Part shown: positions 1-12,760 of the stretch, one piece after another
Numbering within the stretch: the first letter of the stretch is position 1
Layout of the letters: each line of letters opens with the position of its first letter
Assembly (NCBI GenBank): GCA_013265495.1
Contig: MU058233.1
Coordinates: 409,038 to 469,037, forward strand
Reading direction: 5' to 3'
DNA length: 60,000 nucleotides
Source: Vicugna vicugna
Lineage: Eukaryota
Notes under the pieces: model-generated
Database searches by the model: none
What the model saw: the letters and a program-made list of their open reading frames with translations, nothing else
Told to the model about the DNA's origin: nothing
Position numbers and translations under genes: made by a program

Positions 1-299
1 TTGCCTCGGTGACGCTGGGCAAAGCACATCACCTACCAGTGTCTCACCTGCCAGACTCAGGTATCAGCAGCACCTGGAGGGTCACGTGGGGCGCATGTGC
101 TCAGGGTTGGTCCTGCCTGGCCCCCAGCCAGGTGATTCCCTTTGTCTCAGGACACTGCCTGCCTAGGACAGTGACAGCCTCCGTCCTGGGGAGGGCAGTG
201 GGAGCGCCAGCCCAGCTGGAGTCACACTGCCTGGTTGAATTCTGAAACTGGAGCTGCGACTGTCCGCTGACCGAGGGACCAAGCACCATGCCCGCCCAG

Positions 300-690
300 G
301 GCGGCTCACACAGCAGACATTTGCTCCCTCCTGTTCTGTTCTGGAGGCTGGAAGACACGGGTCTGGGCATCTCAGGCTGCTCTGAGAACAGACTCTGTCC
401 CCAGCACTCCTTGGTGGCCGCGGGCAGTCCTCGTGCTTCTCGGCTCAGGGCCTCACCCCTCTGCCCATGACTTCACGTGGCCTTCTCCCCGTGCGTGTCT
501 GTGTCCGGGCCTCCCCTCTTTATAAGGTCACCAGTCCTGCAGATCAGGGCCCACTCTGCCCCAGCACGACCTCATCTTAACTTGATTAGCTACATCTGCA
601 AGGACGCTATTTCCTAGAGAGGTTCCAACCCGAGGTGTGGGCAGTCACACAGGAACATGTGCGTCTGGGGGGCACAGTTACACCACGATA
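300..690 (-). mobile_element. MaLR LTR fragment (MLT1A/B/C-like)
   Basis: Contains ttataaggtcaccagt...gacctcatcttaacttgattagctacatctgcaaggacgctatttcc...ggggggcacagtt, the reverse-strand form of the MLT1 5' half. Confidence 0.75.
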
Positions 691-744
691 ATCAATGAGG
701 ACCCTGTGGCCTTGAGCAGAGCTCTGGAGCTCTCCTGACCCCTC

Positions 745-862
745 TCTTGTCTGAGAAATGGGGCTTGCGTCCCATCTCAGGTTGCGAAGATTTAAAGAAT
801 AAAAGCGTGTGAAAGGTGGAGAATCGTGGCTGGCCCGTTGGAGGAGCTCAGTAAATATCAGC
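745..862 (+). mobile_element. MIR SINE fragment
   Basis: gaaatgggg...gaagatttaaa...gtgtgaaagg...gctcagtaaatatcagc resembles the MIR core and 3' end. Confidence 0.55.
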
Positions 863-1529
863 CCTCGTAATTTGCCAGGATGAGAGTGGAGCCCCCAACT
901 CCCAGCCCGTCTGGTTGGCGCCTCCTCTGACTCCTCTTCCCAGCACCCCTCCCGGACCCAGACTTCCTTCCGCTCCTGTGGCCGCAGCCCAGGGAAGGGG
1001 CTAGGGGCGGAAGGGCCCCCACCTGGGCTCTGCCCCCTCGGTCTCCCCTCGAGGGGCTGGGGAGGGGCGCTCGCAAAGAGCCTCACGGTGGAACTCCCAA
1101 GACTGCTCCTTAAACCAGCAGCAGAGCTTTCCGTTATTTCTCCGTAAGTGTAAATGTTCCCACAGGCTCCAATTACAGGCTTCTGTGGAACTAAGTTTTT
1201 CCCAAGCCAGCTCCAATTCAATTTGAATATTAAACTCTTCCCACAAGAGCCGCTGGGATTCCCACCCTGGCAGGGAGAGCAGGGGGCCCTCGGAACCCTG
1301 GGCTCCGGATGCTCAGGCCTGGAAAAGGAGGGGGGGACGGATGGATTTGGAGGGATGTGGGGCGCCTGGAGGCTGGAGCTCCAGGAGGGGCCATGGCGCC
1401 CCCTCCCTGGACTGGGGCCGTGGAGGTTCAGGGTCTTGCCCCCACAGCCCCCCTGACTTTACTCTCTGCCTCCTTCATCGCAACTTCATTTCAAAGAACA
1501 CTTTCAAATGTTCCCTGTAGATCTGTTTT

Positions 1530-1792
1530 CTTTTGTCCACCATCACTTCTTCAAAAATTTGAGTTATTTGCCAATATTTGACATCAGAATATGTCACATT
1601 GAGAAGGATTTCTGGTGTCTCTAGAAGTACTGAGAAACGTGGCCACATAGAACTGTGTTCTCACGGAAAAAGTAGACAGAGCTGACCAAGGACTGCTCCC
1701 TTTAGAAGAATGTACAGTATCCAGTTGGCCACAATTTCTGTCTGGCCCACTTCAGTCTCCCTGGCCTGTGGAATTTTTAAGTTTGGGATCAC
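1530..1792. mobile_element. hAT-Charlie DNA transposon relic (MER102-like)
   Basis: ccaatatttga...gatttctgg...gctccctttaga...ccagttggccaca...tttaagtttggga matches my recollection of MER102. Confidence 0.5.
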
Positions 1793-1842
1793 TTTTATAG
1801 AACTCTGACCCCTCTTCAAGTTTCCTGTGCCAGGAACAAAGC

Positions 1843-2095
1843 GCCACTACCACCACCATCATCACCATTGTCACCACCACCACCATCATCACCATCATCA
1901 TTAGGGCCAGCATCATCACCACCATCCTGCATCATCATCATCACCATCAAGATCACCACCGCCACCACAATTATTACCATTATCACTACAGCTCTCATCA
2001 CCACCACCCTCATCACCACCATCATCACCATCATTACCATCATCCTATCATCATCACCACCATCTCCACCACCACTCCACCTCCTCCACCACTGC
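1843..2095. repeat. (CAT/CAC)n degenerate trinucleotide repeat
   Basis: About 250 bp of caccatcatcac units, directly visible. Confidence 0.95.
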
Positions 2096-2293
2096 ACATA
2101 CACAGACGCATACACACATTCAGAGACTCCCTCTGTGCCTCTCTGTCTTTCACCAGATTCATTTCTTTACCTCTGACCACTACGGGGGCTCTCAGCTCAT
2201 CCAAATGTCACTGGTTCGTGCAAGTACAAGTGGGTCAGAGCTGGTGGTGGAAGGAGGTGGGGTTGGAGACCTATGCTAAGAATCCCCACCTTG

Positions 2294-2357
2294 AAACATT
2301 ATGCTGTACACCCGAAACTGACACACTGTAAACTGACTACATTTCAATAATAAAAAG
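2294..2357 (+). mobile_element. Very short L1 3' tail with target-site duplication
   Basis: acattatgctgtacacccgaaactgacacactgtaaactgactac plus A-tail, flanked by agaatccccaccttg (2279-2293) and agaatgcccatcttg (2358-2372). Confidence 0.7.
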
Positions 2358-2459
2358 AGAATGCCCATCTTGTACGGACCTGAGTAAGATATGTCGGCAA
2401 ACTTACTCATGCAGTGCCGCTTGCTTTGGCTCCATGTCTGGCTGTGGAAGGGTATTCAT

Positions 2460-2905
2460 GCCTTTTCTGTACCAGCCATCTGTTACTCGACTGGGCATCC
2501 CCGATTTCTTCAGGGAGCCCCCTATTCTAAATCCGTTGGTTGAGCTGAGGTAGGCCCTACTTCCAGTTCTGGAAGCAGTCTGGGATTCTCAGGCAGTCAG
2601 CATATTCGGGGCCTGAGACCCAGGGACTGGTTTGGAGGAGGATACGTGACCCAAGACAGGTCAACACAGCTCATCTCTCAGCCATTTTTGGGAAAGGCTG
2701 GTCAACAGTGCCCTTTCCCCATAGGGTGTGCACACTGGCGGGGCGCCTAGCTGCCAGCGAAGCTGCCAGCAGGGGAAGCCAGGGGGCGGGGGCCAAGTCT
2801 CGGATCTCCCGCATCCGGTTGTGCTTGATTCCACTTGCGTGACCAGTGAATCTGCTCTTTTTGCCATTTTGGGTTGGGTTTCCGTCACTTGTAGTCAAAA
2901 TAGCC
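2460..2905 (+). mobile_element. Ancient MaLR LTR (MLT1K/L-like)
   Basis: gactggtttg...cgtgacccaag... with a terminal gggttgggtttccgtcacttgtagtcaaaa motif. Confidence 0.5.
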
Positions 2906-3600
2906 TTGGCATATTCGGTTCCTTTCCTGGAAGAAGTTTCTGGAAATGTTCCAGCCCTTCCACTTGCTTCCCCAAGAAAGGTGGCGGACTGTACCTACCT
3001 CCGTGAAATGACACACATGCTGTCACCCAAGTTATCTCCTCAGCATCAGCAGGAGGTGGACACTCCAGGGTTTGGGTCCTGCCCGGCCCCCACCCCACCC
3101 AGCTCTGTGATGCGTCCTCTGCTTGGAATTCCTGACAGCAGTGCCTGCCTCCCAGTGGTGGTCTGTCCTTGGAGATTTCCAGCTGAGCACAGCCCCATGG
3201 GAACGAGCGCTGGTTCCGTGGGAGTTAAGGCTGGGGAGTCTGGTGCCCCCCAGAGCCTGGCGTAGCCTGAGGGCCGGCTGCGAGGGCTGAGACCCTAGGA
3301 CCATTTCAGCCCCTCTGCCCCAGGGGGTCACGCAAAGACCCAAGATCTCTGCCTCACAGCCCTGGGTGAGTCTTTCAGGCAGGACTTCTGCGCCCCCTTC
3401 CCACCTCCTGCCTCCTCCACCCAGGAGCCATGCCCGACCTCTCTCTTCGCTCAGTTCAAATCAACCAAGTCGTCATCTCAGGACGGGCTTGGCCGCCAGT
3501 GTGTTATTTCCTTGCTTCAGAAGCACTGAAACAGAGACGTGTCAGATTTTCTCATCTGTAAAATGGACACGTCCATCTGACGGTGGTTCTGCTGTACGTA

Positions 3601-3696
3601 CAAGTATCTATTCCTTTTCATATTATATTTCGTTATAGGCTACTATGCCAGAAATTAACACAACACTGTAAGTTGCCATACTTCAGTTCTTAAAAA
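3601..3696. mobile_element. Tiny 5'-inverted L1 3' fragment
   Basis: 3601-3646 is the reverse complement of the L1 3'UTR block (tagcctataa...atatgaaaagg). 3647-3696 is the forward terminal block (ccagaaattaacacaacactgtaa...cttca...aaaa). Confidence 0.55.
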
Positions 3697-4709
3697 CCTG
3701 AAGGTGAAAACATGAAAACGAGAGAGTTTGGACCTGCTTCCCCAACACGGTCTGTACACACCGGCCATGGCAGTACATGCTCCGACCTATGAGTGCAGGA
3801 CACGATGCTTCATGGGGACTTTGGCTGCAGAGCTGGCCTCCTTCGAGGCTCTCAGGTGCCCCAGGAGATAAATAAGACGGAGATGACAGTGATTTCATAG
3901 GTAAAACTGGCGCCAAGCGACTGACTGATCTGCAGACACTGCAAGTAATTAGAAGCAGAAGTGAAACAGCCCAGGTGTCCTGACCCACCTTGCGCGACTC
4001 CTCTTGCTGCATCAGAAGTCAGACCCCCAGACCCCTCACTGCCGTGCTCCCCGGTCCCATCCTTTCCCCGAACCCCGTCAAATGCCGGGAACAACCGCAG
4101 AGACCCCCCTCTTTCCTCCCTCCCTCCTCTACGCGCCTCCCCACGGCCCCCAGGACTGGACTCCGCCGTTCTGTTAGCCTCTCACATTTTCCAGCCCCGT
4201 CCAGAGAACGAGGCAGGATCGCTGCAAACTGGCTTTTGAAACCAGCTTCCCCCTAGGGAGGCTGCGGGCCTGCTCCCAGGCAGTGATTAAAGCAGTAATC
4301 CTGCATGGCAGTCGCGCAGCAGCCCCAGCTCCAGAATTCCTCAGTTCTGAGCTTCCCTCCCCTCTGCGGACAGCCGCAGATGTCCCAGGTGAGGCGAACG
4401 GGCTGCCTCTGCCTCTCCACCTGGGAATGTTCGATCCACCAGCTTGTCAGTGGGAGCGACTTCCCTTCGACATGTGTCTCGACTGTCTCCACAAAAGTTG
4501 ACCAGATTTTCTCAGAAGCTGCCCCTGCCTCTGTCAATCTAATGAGGGTCCCAGGTGTGGAATGACAGGTGATAAGAGGGAGTGGGGAGGAATTTGGGGC
4601 CCACCAGTGCAGTATCAGGGAGTGGGGTGGTGTGGTCCAGCTCTGAGCCTCTGCTCAGTGCTGGGCGAGGAGCAAGCCCACAATGAGCAGCAGAGCTGGG
4701 CAGAGGCTG

Positions 4710-5109
4710 CCTTCTCTCCTCTTCCACCTGGACACACAGCCGGACTACGTTTCCCAGAACCGCCTGCGGCCAGGTGGAGCCCCATGATGGGTTCTGACCA
4801 ATGGTGTGCAGGCAGATATGATGGGCTTCCCCTAGAAGCCTGGACCTGACCTGGCTCTGTCCCCACCGCTGCCTGCATGGAGAGGATCCAGGGGGTCAGA
4901 GGAGGACGAGCCGCAAGACACCGGGGGGTCTGGGTCACTCCATGACCATTCAGGGTGGAGCCCACACCTGCCATCCAGCCCCTGACGACCTACGCCGGTT
5001 AATGCCGTGAGCTTTTTAATGCAGGAAGTAAACATTTTTTGTATTAAGCTTCTGAGGGTTCATCGTGTATCTCTCCCAGCAGCAAGCATACTTTACACTG
5101 GCTGATACA
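4710..5109 (+). mobile_element. MaLR LTR (MLT1J-like)
   Basis: actacgtttcccag...gttctgaccaatgg...taaacatttttgtattaagc...ctggctgataca terminus. Confidence 0.6.
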
Positions 5110-5649
5110 ATGCTCTGAGGCAGTATTTGGCGGGTGGGTCAAATGACAGAAACCCTACTTGAAGGCGCTTGAGCAGAGTAAATGGAATTTATGAGCTCCT
5201 GTACCTGGGAAGTGAGAGGCAGGTGGGGTCCAGGCATGGCTTGATCAGAGAGCCAAAAACAGCACCAGCAGTGCGAGTCTGTCCTGGCACAGCCTGTCTG
5301 TGCTGGCTCCAGGTTGGCCAGGCTCACCTCTGTGGGGATGGCCGAGCCCAGCAGGGGTGGTCACCCTAGAGTCCTCGTCTCCAGAGGGGTCACATGTGCG
5401 GGGGGACGTGTACCCTGATTGTCCAGGCTGAGGCACGCTGACCCTTCAGCTCATCTGGCGTCACCGTGTGGAGGAGGGGACGATCACACACACAGGGCGT
5501 CTGTCTTTGGAGACTCACAGGGGCACTCCTGGCTGTTTCCAGGAAAGAGGATGCCCGAGCCAGCGGATGTGGCAGAACAGGTGGGCGCACGCAGGGCCCA
5601 CCCATCGTGTTCCCTGGGACCCCACCAAGGAGAACCACCTCCCTCCACT

Positions 5650-5664
5650 CCACCAGATGGCGCC
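5650..5664 (+). promoter_or_regulatory. Candidate CTCF site
   Basis: CCACCAGATGGCGCC matches the CTCF core consensus CCASYAGRKGGCRS. Sequence match only. Confidence 0.45.
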
Positions 5665-8459
5665 GAGGCGGCCTCCACGTCCACACAAAATCCACACGGA
5701 CTGACCCAGCCCGCCCTGACGTCTGATTCCACACAGGGACCAGAGTGAGCCCCTGCCTGGTGACAGACCTTGTGGGCACAGAGACGAGGGGCGTTGGCCC
5801 ATCCGACACGGGAGGGAGCCCCCCTACAGCGGGGGAGCAGAGCTGAAAGCTGGAAGCCACGGGCCCCAGGGTAGCCAGAGACGCACTCACTGGCATCCCA
5901 GACCCCCGCTGCCCCGCCATCTGTCCCTGCCCTGGGTCCCTGAGACCGCCTCCAGTGCACCCCTCCTTTGCCAAAGTTCCGGCTGATCTTTCATCTCTTG
6001 AAACCAAAGGAACCTGAAACTCAGACATCTACAGAGTTTCCCCTTCTCTACTGTGATGAAACTCCAGGTTTACCCGAAAGCACTGCAGCACGTTCGTGAT
6101 CTGAAGTGAGACCTACACACATTCTCGGAGACGGACACTCGAGTGCCGTCTGGGGCCAGGCTTATCCCTGAAGTCTGGCCTCACAGCACTGCCAAGGGGT
6201 CCCTCCGCCCCGCTCGACGTCCTGAACCTGCACGATGGGCACGATGGCCCTGTCATCACTCTTTCGTAATTGTCCTCGAGCTTATGTAAATGACACGCAG
6301 CTTTAGAAGAGGTGACGTCTCTAACACGCAATTATTTCGTGATCTCCCCACATATGCAAAGGCACGTGGAGTCCACACCGTACACTTCGGGTGCCCCAGA
6401 GCCGCCTCTGCCCCGTGCTCCTTAGGACCCCACAACCCCGACCCCAGAACTCCGAGGACTCCGGAACCATCAGAGCTACGGTCACAAGGAAACTAGATTG
6501 GGCTGGAAGGAGTGAGTGGGCCCATGGTCCCCTCCCCACAGAGCGGCCCCTGGGAGGACGGGATTTTGGAAACTTGGTCTGTCCCGGGTGGTCCTGCCTG
6601 GTGGGAATTCGCCTGGAGCCTTCCATGGCTCACCCCCTCCCAACCTCCCCTCCTCTGCAGGAAGAACCCCCGCCCCAAGCACCCACGTGAGTGTCTTCCG
6701 AGGGGTCTCCTGGTCCTTCCCTGCTTTTGTTGGACCCTCGGGGAGACATTTGGGAAAGAGGGAGGAGGAGATTTCCAGACACTGCAGAGAGCCACTCGGG
6801 GAACGTTCCAACATCCGGGGGAGCCGGTTCCACCAATGCAGGCCCCGCCATCTGGAACATTCTGTCTCCGATCCGCTGGTGTTTACTTTCTAAAATTTTG
6901 CATTCCTGGGGCCTGAGACTGGGAGCAACTGTGTGTGGAAAATACATGCTTCCTTTCATATGTTCCAGCGACACAGAACAGCTTGCTTCTAGTCTTTTAA
7001 AAACATAAACCAGAAAAGGAAGGAAGGAAAGAAAAGCTTTTGCCCAACACTCTCCCCACATAAGAGAAGAGAAATCCTGGGGATTCTAGAAGGACAGAAA
7101 GTGCCCTGAAAGGGAGGGATACCCCTGGCAGGTGTGGGTTTGAGGTCCCAGGTTGGTGCAGAGGAAGGTGACGGGTGAGGGCCAGATAAAGGGTCTTTTG
7201 AGCGAGATGAACTGGGCCGAGGCCAGCAGGACCCACACCGGGGTCCTGCTCGGCACTCCTGGGGCCTCTCTGAGACGCTGGGCTGGGGGAGAAGGTTGCA
7301 GAGCCCGTGGGAAGTCACTGGGGAGAGTGTGGACTCTCAGCTCCAGGCTGACCCTCCGGCTCCACATGCCGTCCAGGCTTTTGCTGCTAAGTGGTGGAAA
7401 GCCGTCTTGAACTCACTTAACTGAAAGCCTCGAGAAGTCTGACTTGGGGAACAGTGGAGCGAAGTCTGGGTGATGGAAACCTGCCAGCCCCCTCTCTCCA
7501 GCTCACACCTTGGGTTCTCTGGTGGCTTCTGCCAACTTCCTCCTCTCCCTGGCCTCCTCCAGGCCAAGCCCCCAGACCCACACTCCAAAAGACTGGGTCT
7601 CTGTGGAAAAGTCTGAGAGCTGTTGGCCTCCAAATCTCTCCTCTGGGTGCCCCGCCTACTAACAGAACCCAGAAAGACTACATTTCCCAGCTCCCCTTGC
7701 AGCAAGATGTGGCCATGTGACACAGCCTGGCCAATCAGATGTGATGAGACGATGCCCGGCTCGCCTGGGCAAGGTCCAGGGCCACATGCTCCCTCCCCAG
7801 GCGGGAGGCTCACCTGGTGGAGAGTCATCCTTAGAGCAACACCGGGGAAGCGGGAGAAGATGCAGCTAACGAAGGGAGGAGGAAGGTGCTGGGAGGCTGC
7901 CCCGCCCTCACAGACCTTAGACCAGTCACGACCCGTCGGCGCAGTGGCCCTCCGGCCACGGGTAAGTGAGAACAGTTATCTTAGCATCCGCCACCCCGCG
8001 GGTCCACGACACCCTCCTCCATCCAGACCGAACCTTCCCTTTCTGGGCTGCCCTCGCTGGGCCCTGCATCCCGCTGGGTGTTGGTTTGGGTCCAGGTGAA
8101 CCTGTCAAGTTTTGTCTCCCTCCCCTCACGTGGCCCAGTGACCTGCTTCGTGAGAAAGCACCTGTGCTTATTTAGCAGGTGTCGAGGGAGCAGCGGGTCG
8201 TGGGGCCCGCCCAGGTGTGGCCATCGGGTGAGGAGTCTTTCCAAGCTCACGCAGCCACCTGTCTCCTCACCTGCAGAGTCGCTCCAGTCCAGGTTGCTGC
8301 AGTCACATCTGGAGAGACGTCCCTCTGGATGGAGAAGTTCTGTGAGCCCAGTGTTCTTGAGGATGTATCTGGAGGCTCACACACTCCAGCCTCTCCTGCC
8401 CCTCCGTCCACATGGGGCCTCTTGTCAGCATGTTTGCTTCTGTCTCCGACCATCCCAGG

Positions 8460-8930
8460 AACCCTCACTGCTTTTAGAATAGTACACGCATCCTTCCCAT
8501 TGTCCCCAAGACCCCAGTGGTCCAGGCCTGCTGCCCCCACCTCATCCCACTCTTCTTTCTTACTGAGTTCCAACCGCCTGGTCCTCATGTGATCCCTTGG
8601 AGGTGCTAGGCCCTCTCCTGCCTCAGGGCCTTTGCACTTGCTGTTCCCTCTGCCTCATCTGTTTCCCTTCCATCCAGTTAACTGCTGCTCGTCTTTCAGA
8701 TCTCAGCCTCCCTCCTAGAATGTCAGGATCTCCTGCTTTCCTCTCTGCAGTCCCACATTCTTTCTTTCAGAGCACTTGCCAAAGTTTATAGGAAAGTAAT
8801 CATGTGATTATTTAATTAGTGTCTGTCTCTCCTGCTAGATTGGAAATCCCCCTGAAAAAGCACAATGTGCATCCCCACCCACCACTGTATCTTCAGAATA
8901 CAAATGTTTGTTGAGTGAATGAGTGAATGA
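8460..8930 (+). mobile_element. L2 LINE 3' fragment
   Basis: cctcagggcctttgcacttgctgttccctctgcct...gtctgtctctcc...aaatgtttgttgagtgaatgagtgaatga is the L2 3' end. Confidence 0.75.
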
Positions 8931-10114
8931 TAAAGGGGCGGACACCAGCCACACAGACGGGCTCTCTGTGGTTCCCTCCGTGGGGACTGGCCCCCAGAAA
9001 GGAACTCACACCCAAGTCAGAGAAGTTGTTGGATGGGCATGTTACCCTTCCTGGGGCTTCTGTCTGGGGTCTTGGTGCTGCTCTGGAGACATAATCACTT
9101 TTAATTCAGCCTAAATTGCCCAGATGCAGGAACCAGGAAGCTTGGCTTCAAGGAAGGACTCATCAGACGGATGAGTCCTTTTATGTCACGTAGGACAAAG
9201 CAGTTTAATCGTTTTCATCATCTTTGAGATTTTATTACCCTGGTTATTGATCTTCATTTTCATGAAGCACGTAATTAAGCAACGAGGCACCGCTATGCCT
9301 GGTCTTAACCAACACACCGTCAGGCACGGCTCAGCCAGGGAGGCCCCGCAGAAGTGAAGGAGAATTACCGTCTCCTTCCAACTCCTGACCTCTTCTGCTC
9401 CTCGGCTGGCACGAAGGCCGAAGCTGGAGGGAGTCTGCGGGCTTCCCTGGGGACACTGTTACCAGTGGTACAAGCGGGAACCCCTCCCCCCGGGCAGACA
9501 CACAAGAGGACCTGGTCCCACCCTGATGGGACCAAAGCATCAGGAAAGGGGGGGCAGAGACGTTGGGGCAGACTCTTCCCACCCCTGGCAACTGGTGAGT
9601 GGAGACAGGATGCCCTGTTTCCAGAGACAGGTGACAGCGATGACCATCCATCAGCTCAGGAAACAGAAAATCACACTTCCCTCCTCAAATTACGGGTAAT
9701 TACACCTGGACTAAGTGTAATAATGACAGACGAAGCGTGTTGATGCAACCGCCGGGCACAGTGTTTACTCAGCAAACCCTGCCCTGCCTCGGAGAATGAA
9801 TAAGCGCGCTGGCGCAGCAGAAAAAAAGGATAAAATTGCATCCGAAATACTTCTGCTCCCCGCCTCTGCGGGAGTGACAACGAGCTGCGACATCTCTCTG
9901 TTCGGAGGTCTGGCTGGCTCTGCCTGGAGACCGCCTTCTGACGGTGCTGGAGGGGCGGGGGTTCGGGCCGGAGCCCCGCCAGGAGGAGGCCGCCTGCGTC
10001 CCGGGCCAACAGCACTTCCAGCTCCGCAGACAGCACTTCTCCGGACGATCTGATCGTCCCGACTGAAACCTCACGCTGACTTTGCTCCTGGGTAGCCGGG
10101 TGGCCCCGGGGTCA

Positions 10115-10230
10115 CGCCGTTCACATCTCGGTGCCTCTCTTTCCTCTTTGGTAAAATGGCTGCAACAATACAACCCTCCTCGCGGGCTTTTATGAGCATT
10201 AAATAGACACACAGTCAGTGCTTGTACAGG
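10115..10230 (+). mobile_element. MIR fragment
   Basis: tttcctctttggtaaaatgg...tatgagcattaaatag MIR core. Confidence 0.55.
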
Positions 10231-10274
10231 CAGGGCAGGGAAACGCTTCTGTACGGCCCCGGGAAGGTGGAGAC

Positions 10275-10523
10275 GTGACACCGAGAGTGTCGGAACCGTG
10301 GAACGCACGGTGCAGCGTGAACCCTCGCGTGCACTGCGGACTTCAGTGCATAACGGCGCACTGATTCATCGCTGTAACAAGTGTGCCTACTGAAGTAAGG
10401 CGTTAACATAAAGACGTTAATAAGGGGAAGTTAAGGGGGTGGGGAGGGCTGGGTGGGAACTGTCTGCTCCATTTTCCATAAACCCAAAGCTGCTCTAAAA
10501 CATAGTCCGTTAGTTTTTTAAAA
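10275..10523 (+). mobile_element. Old L1 (L1MC/MD-type) 3' end, GC-shifted
   Basis: gtgaaccct...ggacttcag...tgtaacaa...gttaataagggg...taaacccaaagctgctctaaaa...tttttaaaa. Confidence 0.7.
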
Positions 10524-10714
10524 TGAATCAAAGATGTCCATTTCACTTACTTCGCTACTGTTGCTCTCATGCTGGTTCCCACCTCTGTGTCTCCCACCCC
10601 CCTCCGCCCGGCCCCTGTGGATGGATAGCTTGGTTCCACGGTCTGTTCCACCCTCACATGGCTTCCCCCCAGTGTGTGTGTGGCAGCAGCAGCCGGCTGT
10701 CTACCTAGATCCAC

Positions 10715-11120
10715 TCCCGCCTTCCTAACAGAACCCCAGTTTGGTTTGGGTGGCAGTGGGACCGCTTTAGAGAACTACATTTCCCAGATGCGCTTGCAGT
10801 GAGGTGTGGCCAATGGGCAGTTTGGGCCAATGAGACAACAGTAGAGATCTCCTGGGGAGTTCTGGGAAAGTTTCGTTTTTTTACCTGACTGAGGTGCTGC
10901 CCCCTTTTCCTTCTTCCTCTTCTGAATGTACATGTAATGTTTGGAGGTGCAGCAGCCACTTTGTAGCCATGAGGTTGAAAAAAAAAACACTAAGGATGGT
11001 GGGGAAGGAAGTCAATCTGAGTTCTCATGACATCCTCAAGCAGTTGTTCAAGCCCTGCGCTGCTTTTGTGTCCCTGTTTGCTTAGTCGAGTTTCTGTTCG
11101 GTGCAGCTGACCCAGCCCCT
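10715..11120 (+). mobile_element. ERVL-class LTR (LTR33/LTR16-like)
   Basis: cctaacagaaccccagtt...actacatttcccag...gtgcagcagccactttgtagccatgagg...ctaaggatgg. Confidence 0.6.
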
Positions 11121-12284
11121 TTGAGACCAGCCCCGTTCGGTCTACACACCATGGCACAGGGGCAAGTGACCCTGCGCCCATGCTTTGGCCTCAGCATCTC
11201 AGCCCCTGACCAGCGTCCAGGTCGGTGCCAAGGAACTCTGATGACACAGGCTTCCAACCAAGTAATGAGAAGTTCCGCAGACTCAGGACGCAACAGAAGA
11301 GAAAGGCTTCCTCTGACAGGAGATCTCTGGGGAGCTGGCGCACGGGTGAGAGCTAAGCTGGGCCTCAGGATGGGCCTCAGTCAGTGTAAGAAGGGAGGGA
11401 GCCACTCCTTCCAGCTTGACCCAGAAGTTCCGCAGCTCAGCCTAGGGCGAATGGAGCTGAGCTGCCAGGCCACCACCTCCAGGTCATCCTGGAAGGCAAG
11501 AGGCAGAGCTGGGGAGGGCGACTGCGTCTGAGAGCAGCCTGGGTGCCACGGGACACGTCCTTGTCTTGGGTGGTGCAGTGAAGAGGGAGACGCTTCTGTG
11601 GGCACCACGTAAGTGCAAATGGCGCCAGCAGATGGGCATCCTGCCCCCTCTCCTCTCAATCTGCTTAATTCAAACACAAGGAGCTTTTGCATTTTCTCTG
11701 AACATTTGCGATCTCAGCCTCCCCTGCTGGGTGCAGAAGCCCAGCAAAATCACGTGCCCTCAGCACAGCCTTCTCACTTCCCTTCTCAGATGAAATCTCT
11801 TATTTCAAAGTAGCTCCCAGGGCCAGGGGGCGGTGGGAGCCTTGACCTTGAGGCTGTGAGGCCAGTTCTGCAAGGATGACTTCAAGAGACTGTGACCAGC
11901 TTTGAACGAGGCTCGGAAGATGCTACCGGTGGTGGGGGGTGGCTCCCTGTCCTTCCTGCAGCCGACGGGGAGTGGAGGAGGGGCCGTCCAAGGTCATTCA
12001 TAAGCGGCAGCAGAATGCCCCTTCCTGGCCACGGGAGGGACTGGCCTCACACCAGCCGCAGGAAGAGGCAGCCGTGGTGGCAGCACGCAACTCTGTGGTG
12101 GCGCGGATGCGGGTAGAGGCACCAGCCTCCGTGGGCCGGCGAGGCACAGGGCAGGGGCTCGGGGAGGCGGGATTCTGCCTCCAGCTCCACCATTAGCTCA
12201 CCACGGGTCCCTGGGCAACTGACTTCTCTTCCCTGAAGTTCCATGTCTTGTATTAAAATGATATTGGTATCAGCCAGGGCTGGT

Positions 12285-12760
12285 TTGGTCACTGTAAATG
12301 GTAGATACCCCCTCTGAAAGTGGCTTTAATCAGAAAAGGCCATGTGTTCATACAGGTGCCAAAAGGCTCCAGGGCAGCATGAGCTTCAGGCACATCTTGA
12401 TCCAGGCACCCCACCAACGTCATGGAGACCACGTCTCTCTCCTGACTCTGAGTCCACTGCACCGGCTCCACTTCCAGCCCAGCTCTCCTCTCCTGGTGAC
12501 AGGATGCCACCAGCAGAGTGTCCAAGCACCTGGGGCAGAGGAAGCCTCTTTCCCGCCACTGTGGCAGAGTTCTGGGTAGACCTGGTTGGCTTGGCCTGGG
12601 TCACGCGGCTGTCCCTGAACCACTGGGATGGTCAGAGCAAGGTGACACCTGATCGGCCAGGTCTGATCACATGCTCACCTGTGGGTTCAGGGACAATGTC
12701 ACCTGAGACACCAGGCAGGAAGAGGGAGAGAGGGCGTCCGTGCAGGAATTTCAGGGTGCT
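12285..12760 (-). mobile_element. Ancient MaLR LTR (MLT1K-like)
   Basis: gcttcaggcacatcttgatccagg and ggttggcttggcctgggtcacg...ccctgaacca motifs. Confidence 0.5.

Noticed and set aside
1816..2176. Poly-Ile/Thr and poly-Val/Met 'membrane protein' ORFs
   Set aside because: These are translations of the (CAT/CAC)n simple repeat.
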